A program made the position numbers and the translations under genes. The notes under the pieces were generated by a model. That model saw only the letters and a program-made list of their open reading frames with translations. It was not told the DNA's origin and made no database searches. This document shows positions 11,367-21,999 of a stretch of 64,000 nt of DNA, piece by piece; position 1 is the first letter of the stretch, and the number at the start of each line of letters is the position of its first letter. This DNA is from Botryllus schlosseri (Eukaryota): positions 9,736,001-9,800,000 of the forward strand of contig CM119372.1 of assembly GCA_051294905.1 (NCBI GenBank), in the 5' to 3' direction.

Positions 11367-11407
11367 CATTTGACGTCACTCATTGCAGACAGCTGCTAAA
11401 ACAGATG
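11367..11407. promoter_or_regulatory. CRE + E-box cluster upstream of the myosin light chain
   Basis: Palindromic TGACGTCA at 11371-11378, CAGCTG at 11390-11395 and CAGATG at 11402-11407, about 400 bp upstream of the ATG. Confidence 0.45.
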
Positions 11408-13582
11408 CCAGATTCAAGATGTAGCAACCATCGAGTCGGTCGCTATCGACTGCTGCTGCTTCATAGTCATATCACCGGACGAATTATGTATGGCTTTAAG
11501 ACCGCATATGTATGCTGATCTTTTCTATAATATTGATATATCGACGAAATGCGTAGGTGACATTTAACAGACTTTGCTCGCTTTTGTATTTGTGTATTTT
11601 TTGTTGAGAGAAATAAACGATTCTCTCTCCCTCTCTCTCATTGAAAAAAGACATATAATATTCCATTTGTAGCGTAGGTCTGTTTCCAAAAACTAAACAT
11701 TACTACATTGTAATGGGTACCCTTACAAATACACGGGATAGCCCATGACCAGCTCAAGTATCATCCGTTACCGTTACATGGAGTGCCTATGCCTATATTT
11801 GAATAACACTGATGAACCCTGTAGCCGCAATCTTTTGTCTGGAGAACATGCATGCTTAATTGCTTAAGCATAAAAGCCAGTGTAGTAATGCCTTTAATTT
11901 TCCAGAAATAGAGCTACACAATATGGCATTTTTACGATCTGCCATATTTTTTATTAACATTTACTAATCGCGCGAAGTGCTTACATCGTATCCGATACAA
12001 CGCCTCCGTATTGCTCTTCGACTAAACTACGGGCCTTATAATATGGGGAGGGTGCCATACCATGATATTTTCTAAAACGTGCTGTTCGAGTAAACAGGAT
12101 TAGTATGGCATTTCCACGTCAATACTCTCATTTTCATCCCATCATGCGGACGAACGCTTATGCTGTCGAAAATTGGATAGCTTCTGGTATGCATCAATAT
12201 GAATCAAGCTCTGCACCTTTCACATAGCTCAATTTGCAGCTTTTCACAATTCAGTGCGATCGAATTACGATCGTTTTCACAACTACTTACTTATATGAGT
12301 AGATTTAAAGTCAGTCAATTCTACTTCTACTTAAAGTAGTTTTAGGTTGCTTATGGAAGAATTACTTCTACTCGTACTTGAGTAGATTTTTTTCGTCGCT
12401 ACTTCTACTTCTACGTGAGTAGCTTTCTTCTACTTTGACCACCTCTGCTACTTCTACAACATTGTTTGAACAAGACAATCAATTTTTCGCATTTTTTTGA
12501 AATCATAGCAAGTGTAAAGGGTTTTTTGGTTAGATTTGTATTCTTTTTGTGGATGAAATCGCCACAACAACCGCGCAATCGCTTTTGAATCGGGCAAAGT
12601 TGGTCTACAACAACGTTTTCAATTCGGATTTAAATCTTGCCGCTTGATGGCACAGTGTGAATACTGCATGTTTTGTGACTTCCGTTTCATAAGACCAAAC
12701 TAAAGCGTTTTACATGGTTAATTCGAGTCTATAAATATTAATTCATGGCAATGCCAAAACTGCCAAAAATAAAATCTGAAAAAGTCTGAAAATAGCACGG
12801 CCTGCTGGGGATTGGGTGATGACCAGTGACCACCTGTGAGTATCGAAGCGTTCTGTATGAACCATCACAAATAGTTAGCTATCACGAACAGCATCACAAT
12901 CACAGCGTTATATTTTACCAGGGATCAAGTTGTTAACTGTGTCCCTGTATTTTAGCAGTGATTCCAATCGAGGCTCATCGCCTGAAGCTTTAAAACACTT
13001 TCCGTACGCCAGTCTACACGACTTCGATGCGGAGAAACGGGCTGGGCGTCGGGCTGATTTTCGAGGCCGACCTGCACACCACGGAGCACATCTTTCACTG
13101 GGTGCTTCAGGGAGTGTCTCACACTATACACTCGGACTAAGCGGACTCGGTTGAACCTTTGTTTATCCCAGACTGTGTGTTGTGTTTATCCCAGACTGTG
13201 CGTTGTTTGCTTTTGAATAAAAAGAAACTGCAGCATCAATATATTAACAATTTCACCATTTCAAAACACCACATGACTGCGATACGATGAAGATAGGAAG
13301 GTGTCGAATTGACTTAGAGAAGTCTTTGAAATCAGATTCCCACTTGTGCCTAAGCGATGTAAAAAAACCGCAAACACGGTGAATGAACTGTATAAGAACT
13401 GTACAAGAGGAGAATAAATGACGGGCGACATGACATATGAAATGACGGAAGGCGAGATCGATTAAGTCCGGTGATCGACTAGTATTCCTGCAGTAGAAAT
13501 TTCTTGTATTTCGACCTAAGAATGGGCTTCTATACTGCGTATGATCGCAGGAACTTGATCGCAAGAATGAAGTTCACTACGT

Positions 13583-13976
13583 TAGGCTTACCATATTTTG
13601 GAAATCTAAAAAGAGGACACTTTTTCAGAAATTTGAGACTTTCAAAAATCGGTGAATTTTTACTACTTTGTGAAAAAAATAAAAAAAGGTCAACTTTCCG
13701 CTCAGACATCAAAATACCGTTTTCCTCTCCACATTGCTAGGTGGTTGACTAAACAATAAAAGAAAAAGGTCAACTATTCGCTCAGAGCTTAAATCACCAT
13801 TTTTCACTCCGAAATACCCGCCGGAGCATCACTTCTGTGCTAAGTTACGGCATACCACTCGCATTTTGCTCTAAATGTGACCTAAATTTTCAAATGTGAC
13901 GTAAATTTTCAAAACAGAGGACAAAATCTCAAAAAAGAGGACAAATCCTCTTAAAAGAGGACGTTTGGTAACCGTA
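13583..13976. mobile_element. hAT-like MITE (TAGGCTTACCA...TGGTAACCGTA)
   Basis: Imperfect TIR with AAAAGAGGAC subterminal repeats. A related short copy lies at about 52763-52964. Confidence 0.65.
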
Positions 13977-14524
13977 GTTACGTGCACTCAACTCCCATCA
14001 GACGTGAACGTTACGACCTGTGAGCACTGAGCATGGATTGACTATAGGATTCATCCACTGACTATCAATAAATCAGGTTTATTAATATTTCCATCATTCA
14101 AAACATCGCGAGACTGCGATACAATGAAAAGATAGGAAGGTGTCGAAACAACTTAAGAGGAGCCTTCAAGATCATACACCCGCCTTAGCCTAGGCCCTAG
14201 GCGAAGTAAATAAGAGGCGTGCACATGCACATGCACACTAAATAATAAGTATGATGTAGTAGGCTATTCATAGAGTCGAAATTGCTTGTATTTCGATTTC
14301 GACCTCACAATGGGCTTCTACTGCGTACGATCGCAAGAATTGAGTTCACTAGACGCGAATGCTTAACGATACGTCACTGCGTTGGCGATGAAGCACTACC
14401 CTGGTTCCTCGGCTACAGACGACGTAATCGCCTTGCTGAATCTGAGAAAAATCGTGTTCATCGATCTATCACACATCGACTCCGGGTAACTTGAGATAAG
14501 TATATTGTTCAGTGACTGCGAAAA

Positions 14525-16697
14525 TCAAAAACGTTTTTGCCCTGATCGAGCATACGCAAACGGAATCAATACTAGCAACGCTATTACAGTCGCCGCAATG
14601 AAGACCACCACGACAACATTGATCACGCCCACTCCAGGAGACTTATCTTCCTCAGTAGCTTCACGGAGCAGAGTCGCCGCAATGCGCGGGATCACATCGT
14701 CCAGATATTCATCCATACCGTTAATAGTAATTTGCCCTGAGCCATCGGAACCATTGAACACGAAAATTGGTCCGATCCAGGCCACGGGGGGTGCGCTACG
14801 TCTTACACGCGAAGATCGGCATTTTACGTTGTCGGCGGCAGGGGAGCATACCTGAGAATGTGAAATGTAATACGCAGATATCCGGACAAAGAAAATTATT
14901 ACGCTACCCACCTCTACATCGTCACTGGCACAGGACATCAACTCCGCGTGGATGTAGAATTCCGTGCATTGCAACGTACGTGGCGTTTGAAAGGAGACGC
15001 AGGCGATGTCCGATGTAAAGGACGAACGAATTTTCGACAGTAAGCCCGACTGGGCGGTGCATCCATCAACGACTATGTCAAGTACACTGCGGCTTGATTC
15101 GTCACCGGAACAAGACAAGTACATTTGAGCGATTCCGGTGTTCAGGGCCCCGGACTAAAACATAAGGGGGTAAGAAAATGATGGTGCCACACGTCCAGCC
15201 TATCACTTACGTCCAGCGACATGGTAACATGTATCAATTCACCCACAGTATAAGAGGCTCCTCCGCTAACCTTGTATATGTCCGGGCAACTACCAGGGCA
15301 AGTAGGGACCTTACACAAGGAAATAGTTGGGAAGATATCCTTCTTTGAAACCACCAAGCCTGGATTGCTGACTCTGCAATATAACCGGGAAACGTGATGT
15401 AGATATATCGATTGAAGGTACAAGGACACGAAAAAAGTATAAATCTTTTACACTGGTTGAAGCGATGTAACGAGCTCGTACACGCGACTGTACGTGCACT
15501 GAAACTCGACGGCGGGGATTGGCATGTCGAACATAGCGCTGCCAAGTTCTCGATTGAACCACATTTGGTTTGTGAATACGACGCCCTCTTCAGTTCGTCG
15601 CGACGTGGTGTTGCAGGCCGAGAACGGCAGGGGAATCGTCATCTCATACGCGCCGTTTGTTGGGAAATATACTGTTGAAAACTTCATTAAAATAAATTCA
15701 TGATCATAATAAATTCAGTTACATTTGCACGCCGAACGAGTGTGTTCATGGAGGCTGGGTGCTACCGATATGTAGCTATTCTTCATGCCCAGGTCGTATT
15801 CGTCGACGAAGTTTTCGGAGACGCTCAACACAATTTTGTCAGATTCGCACCGCAATACAGGAACAGCTTGATCGTAGCCACAAACATCAGTAATCATCGC
15901 CAACTGGAAAACAGCAAACGCCCAGGTACTCACGAACAGCGCAGTTCTTTCCCAGGTAACCGGTATCACTACGGCAGTAATAGCCACCAGCGTGCTTACA
16001 CGACTCGTAGCAGGAACAATCACCAACGCAGGGATTCGGGCTGCATGCGGATGGTGTCAAATCTGAATGGTAAGCGGGAGTTAGCATTTCCCGCCCATAT
16101 CCTGTCGACTTTATGCTTCTTACCTGCAAGACAGTTCGAACAATCGACTCCCCCGCAGCCGTCCGGGCATATGCATTGGTAGCTGGATTCCGATATTGTA
16201 ATGCATATTTGGTTTTCATGAGTACAAGGTCGAGTATCGCAAACGTTTCGGATCCGCCTAGCGTCTGTGACGATATGAAGCGTAAAGCTCACGTAATACA
16301 CCATTTTCATGGACATCAATCCTCTCACCTTGCAGGCAGTTGGAACAGTTGGCGCCTTGACAATCCGGGTGGCAGACACACTCGTAGTCAGTGTGGGATA
16401 ACGCATTACATACGTGGTTCACGTTCGGACAAGGCCGAGCATTGCAACTGGCATTACCACATTCACTAGAGCACACACAGCGATAGTCTGTCTCAGATAA
16501 GGGATGGCATTGTTGGTTACCATCGACGCACGGCCCAGTATCGCAAACGTTCGGTATTTCCTCGTCGGTAGCACCAGCCACGGCCAGAACGCAGCTCAAA
16601 GCGAGGAACCTGAATACACGTCTAATGTAGTCACATTTAGCGTTAACTCTGAAACGTCTTCTAGCTGTACTCACGGAAAGCAACATGTCAAAACCAT
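14525..16697 (-). CDS. EGF-like repeat + ZP-domain transmembrane protein, vitelline-coat (VC70/VC120-like) type, about 556 aa
   Basis: Nine in-phase GT-AG exons: 16675-16697, 16329-16609, 16124-16264, 15934-16062, 15723-15866, 15452-15671, 15211-15373, 14912-15154, 14525-14851. Signal peptide MVLTCCFPFLALSCVLAVAGA, 4 EGF-like modules, ZP cysteine pattern (VEFQCTY, IVVDGC, VSFQTP), RVRR furin site, GPIFV external hydrophobic patch, TM and short basic tail. Confidence 0.9.
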
Positions 16698-17494
16698 TCT
16701 TTATCGAACGCAAAACAAATTCCAACAGAAGCAAAACCCAGATTCTAACTCCAAACCAACTGACAGCTTCATTTTATATTCCCGAGTGATCTCGCGCAGT
16801 CTGAAGCGACTGATTGCTTGATCACTTCTTATTATCATCTCGGGAAATCCATCAAGTATTTGGATGATTTTATAAGTTAGGTAGGTTTGAGACTGGACAA
16901 AAAGCAATTACCCTATGATTAGGGATATCTAGATACTCCTGCATATATGATCAGGACGGAATACAAGGAAAGCATGGCTCTATCAAGTATGCCGGAAAGT
17001 GACGTACAGTGAGGTTCATGGTTGATGAGGCACCGAACGTTATAGTCAGATTTACAAATATATGAACCCAAAATGGTAGCGACTTGTTTCTGATCACGAT
17101 TCCCACGCAGTAGGTGTAGGTAGATGGAAAATACATTACAGACATATCTGTAATTGGAATGCATTTTTCAGCACTGCTTGTTGGCCGTCGCTTCACGATT
17201 CATACTACACCGTCGATGGCGCATTGTACAAATGTGCCGTGATTGTCGGATTGTTAGCTGACAGTAATGAGTGAGGCTCATCCATCTGTGCTTCACACTC
17301 ACATTGTCATCGTTTGTGGGCGCCATGATCGTACGTAACAATGCCGAGGTCCACACATTCCTGGGCGATTTTGCGGGGGTTCTGGTGTTCTGACGTTATT
17401 ATTATTTATATTTTCGGAATCAGTGCGACAATAGGATTCGATTAATACCAGTTATTACACATTCTGAGTTGGTTATGGGGCCATTCCAAACATG

Positions 17495-17663
17495 CAGGGC
17501 CGTAACAGCACTTCGTCAGGCCCCCCTAAAACGTTGGTCTTGGGCCCCCCATACGGTGATAAACCGAACATCTGGGGGGCGAAACCACGAAATAATTTTG
17601 GGCCCCCTTCGAGCTCGGGCCCCCCCCAATTGGGGGGTTTGGGGTGCGGCAGTTACGGTGCTG
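17495..17663. mobile_element. 169-bp hAT MITE, deletion derivative of the 47824-51518 family
   Basis: TIR CAGGGCCGTAAC...GTTACGGTGCTG with a perfect 8-bp TSD CAAACATG. Confidence 0.9.
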
Positions 17664-17864
17664 CAAACATGGACAATCAAAGTGGGAACCACCACACTTT
17701 CAATATTTTTGAGATTTGGTACATGCATGGATGAGCAAATTCCGAACACAATAAACTTAATTCGAGGAAAATTGAACTCATGGATCAAAAGTTTCGTCAT
17801 TTTGAAAATCGACAATTTTCTGCTCATTTTGGACCTGCAGCTATCAGATTTTATCAATGTACCG

Positions 17865-18133
17865 AGCGAGATAGTGTAATGGTTATGGTTATGCGTCCGG
17901 CTTCTCGATCGGTAGGTCATGGGTTCGATCCCCGGCCGGGTCATACTAAAGACGCGAAAATTGGTATCCGCAGCTATCCTGCTATAGGCGCTCAGCAATC
18001 ACGGATAGGATGGAGGAGAGAAAAAAACGGGGCCGCAGACTAGATGACCTCACGGCCGTATCACAACTCCGTCGTCGAAGCATCTCGATGGTGCAGGCGA
18101 AAAATAATATCATATCTCTCTCTCTCTCTCTCT
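17865..18133 (+). mobile_element. tRNA-derived SINE family 1 with (CT)n tail
   Basis: A-box TAGTGTAATGG, B-box GGTTCGATCCC, core GTCATACTAAAGAC...GCGCTCAGCA; homologous to 760-1014. Confidence 0.85.
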
Positions 18134-18435
18134 GTAACATTCAAAAGGGTGTAAACAGATGCTGGATTACCGTTGACATTTGGCGCTTGTTTTTTGAGTA
18201 GCTATAGTCTGATGGTCTATATGTCCAAGTGGTATTAAATGCTATGCGGTGCAGGGTAGCAGGTTAAAATGAGGCAAAACTTGATCGATGGTCTGAAATT
18301 GGTCAAGCGTTGCACAATTTACATTGCGGATTGTTCAAAATTCAATAAAATAATCAAGCCAGTCGGGTATATCTTAAAACTAACATCCACATCGACCTAG
18401 TGCCCGATATCACAGTTCTATTTCGATGTTAATCT

Positions 18436-19233
18436 TTATTCCGCGGCTCTTTCTTGCTCATTCCATTCCTTGTGAGTGCGATCTTCTATCGGGTCTTTTT
18501 CTACTGCTTGGATTGCAAATTTTTGTTTCTTGTCAAACGGACGAAACATCTTCCAGTATTTCTGGTGGTGAGTCGTACCTAGCACTAATTTGGGCCGTGG
18601 AAATTGTTTTGAGCTATAAAGTGACGGTGCCTTTCCTTATAACACCAAACCTTGTACATGTCATAATTTGGTGATGAAAGAATTCGGGCAGGTCGTGAAT
18701 GTATTTTTATTCGGTTGGCTACTTCCTCGGGCACAGTGTCGTGGTATCAACAGAGGTGGTCGAAGTATTAATTGTTGATAGTCACTTAGAAGCAGAAGCA
18801 TCGTGGTAGATTTCTACAAGAAGTAGCGATTTCAAAGAAAATGAAGAAGTGTGTGTTCTAGGCCTAGTTTTGCCTACAATGCATGGAACTGTTGAGTAGA
18901 ATTGGAAGTATAGTCTAAGACCATATCCAAGTAAGTAGTCCAAGAGGACCCAACCTACTTGAGCACTTCGAAAAGTAGAAGTACTTCGTTACTGACCAGG
19001 GGCATATTGCCTTGACGTGCAATGTCCCAGACACAGCCAAGACCAAGACGCTTAGAAAACGGATTGGGGCTTTTCCACAAGATCAAGCTTTAGGAGAAGA
19101 CAGTCTTTCAGCTACAGTAACGTGTCTCACCAGCCCCAATATTGATTCCTTTAGTGCTTAGTCGATGAAAAGCGGTACCGGGTATCGTGCGCAGCTCATA
19201 GTTCAAAATAAAACGAAAATGATTGATTATCAT
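18436..19233 (-). CDS. Candidate two-exon 81-aa small protein of unknown function
   Basis: Exon 19131-19233 ends G|GTGAGA. Exon 18436-18578 starts TAG|GT in matching phase. AATAAA overlaps the stop, and the intron holds a decayed MITE. Confidence 0.4.
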
Positions 19234-20113
19234 GATATTTCGTGTTGCTTTTGTACTAGTTTTAAAAATTATTGCTTCTTTTGTGGTAACTACTATGACA
19301 GTCGCCAACGTTAGGGAGTAAAGCGTTGTAGCCTACTGTCGTGAAGTTTTAAAAACGTGGTCGCTACACTGTGTGGCAATTTTGTCTCAATATTGCATTC
19401 CTGCGGCCCGCTGCCTCTACGAAATATGAAGTGTCTCGCGACCCGCTTTGAGTTGGCGACCCCTGCAGTAGAGGGTGCAGTATGTACTATATGATTATAT
19501 AGTAAAACAATAGTTATATATATCCCTGAGTTCTCATTGTAAATTAACATACGACAAAATCTGTCAAATCTCGAAGTTCCTCGTCGCACTATAGCGCGTA
19601 GATATAGCCTACGCGCGATATATATGCCGACAATGTTTGCAACATGTTTCCATGTATGCAGTGGTCTATTATAATTCATGAAAAATAAATTACGCATACT
19701 TTTAGATCACCAAGTCCCCGTTAAAATACTCCCATCACGCTATAGCTCGCGTTATTGTCAACAAAATGTTTCGAACTAGAGGTGTTTTACCCCGCAGTCA
19801 GCGTGTCGAAATCGAAGAAAGAGGTATTTTACCACTTTTAGGAGTTAGAGCCCTTTTACCTTAAAGATAGGCCTATACTTTGAAGCTTTTTGGTCAAAAC
19901 TGAATAGATTGGTATTCGAGAGCTACAAGATAAAATCCTCAGAGTATTTCTTCATCGTATCATAATGGATGATACTGTTTAGTGTTGTGACCCGCAAGTC
20001 GCATCCTAGCATGGATGTTATATAATATGGGTTGCTTTGCTTGGAATACAATCATGCTAAAATTAATAACTGGGTGCAGTACTAAATTCAATGTGAGCAA
20101 AGACCTCTACCAC

Positions 20114-20546
20114 TAGGGTTGCATTTAAAACAAAAATCAATTTAAAACAAACATTTTTAAAACAAGGCCCTTATTTAAAACATGTTTTATATTGTTTTTT
20201 CAAGCCATAACGTCACGAAAATTCAATTGTTACGTCATAGTGGATTGACATTGACAATTGAAAATATAGGGTAAAGACAGCTCCTTTGACGAAATATTAG
20301 TGCTATTGCTGTTGAATCGACTATTTTCAGGGTTCTAACCATCCCATATCGATATACGTCGGCTATATCTGGTGGTAATTGTCCGCAGGCTAATACCACA
20401 TGTTTTTTGGAAAGTATTTAAACAATAATGGCATAATTTTACAACTTAAAAAAATAATTTTTGAAAATACCTTTGTTTAAAACGCTATTTAAAACATGTT
20501 TTAAACAGAGTGTCTTAAACAAATATTTGTTATAAATGCAACCCTA
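20114..20546. mobile_element. MITE (TAGGGTTGCATTTA...TAAATGCAACCCTA)
   Basis: 14-bp TIR and TTTAAAACA subterminal repeats; TSD not evident. Confidence 0.7.
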
Positions 20547-20710
20547 CTCGTGAATCGGTGAACCTGAATACCTACGATGATGGATACCGTGAGACTCTTT
20601 TGAGTCGTGAGGATTATGTCTCGATTTTGTAAATCCTTTCATGGCGAAGGATGACCTATTAATGGATAGCATTAATGAGACTGTGGGAAAGACCAAGCAG
20701 TTGTCGTATT

Positions 20711-20860
20711 CAATTCAATTCAATTCAATTCAATTCAATTCAATTTATTGTTACCAATTTCATCATTTCAATACACCACAAGACTGCGATATACAATGAA
20801 AGATAGGAAGGTGTCGAAACGATTCGGAATGGTCACACCCACCTGGCCTAGGCGATGCAA
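20711..20860 (-). repeat. Probable LINE/SINE 3' tail with a (CAATT)n microsatellite
   Basis: GACTGCGATA...GATAGGAAGGTGTCGAA...CCTAGGCGA is also present at about 13250-13360 and 14085-14205. Confidence 0.55.
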
Positions 20861-21999
20861 CGCAGTTGGCCACGAACTGAGCTCAGTGATTTTGTCACGT
20901 GCGTGAAAATATTTTTTGAACACGAACATTATGCTATTATATGTTCATTACATCGCAATATGTCCTGTTTATCGTATTGTACGTTGTGCTTTTTTACCAC
21001 ATGAAAATAGAAATGCCTCTGATTATTGCAAAACCACATTTCAAGCATTCCATGCCGCGCACTAGCGCGAACCACCGTATAGTAATTTCAGATGTTATTT
21101 TTCGTCTGTAGAAAATCGCGAGTGAACAACAATAAATACCATCTTTTACACAATGGCCATGCTTTAAGCATGTTTATTTTAAATTTAATTTAGTTTCAAA
21201 GGCGACTCTATATACGCGGTTATGGAAACAGCTTTAGTTTCATCATTGCAAATGCAACCTATTCGCATGACGTAATCAGTGTTTTCAGCAAGCTATCATA
21301 GGTAAATCTGGCTCTTAGTAGGCCTTATATCCAAAGTTTAGATTAAATATGACGCTCTAAAAAGATACCGCGACAGACTGAGAAAGTTTCTTCCGCTGGG
21401 AACACCGAACCCCAAATTACTGCGGTTCGCAATTTTCGCATATCTACCGAAAACGAATGTTTGGTTCCCGGCACCATCCAAAAATGCATCAATAACAGCA
21501 GCGCCACCCTAAGACCAAACTAATATTTATATTATCGTACGAGCTTACCTACCTAGAGCTCTGAACGTTACCAAATTTCTGCAAAATCTCAATATATTCA
21601 CTCAAAAGGGATCGCGGACGCAATAATTATTGCAAAAACGGAACATACATTATTTATAATCGATCAACAAATTTGGCTCAATACCAAAGCGAGTCAGTGC
21701 ATAGCCACGAAAATTATTCCGAGTGACACCTCTCATCACTCGCGGTTAATATGAATGTACACGTGTGCTGTGCATGCAATGACCAATAAATTTTATAGGA
21801 GCTGATCCAAGCATTAAATATATTCGATCGACATATCGATACGAAGCAGCGCTCACCAATCCATATCATAAGTCTACTGCAAGCTTTTCGTTTCGTGTGT
21901 CTCTTCAGCCTTCACGCGTTACCATCTCTTTTCCATCACAAATCAGCGCAATTATGTATGCGTAAGCCGTACAAAATCTATGTCAATATTACAGAGATC

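Noticed and set aside
15412..16821. Several plus-strand ORFs of 88-160 aa
   Set aside because: Antisense shadows of the ZP gene.
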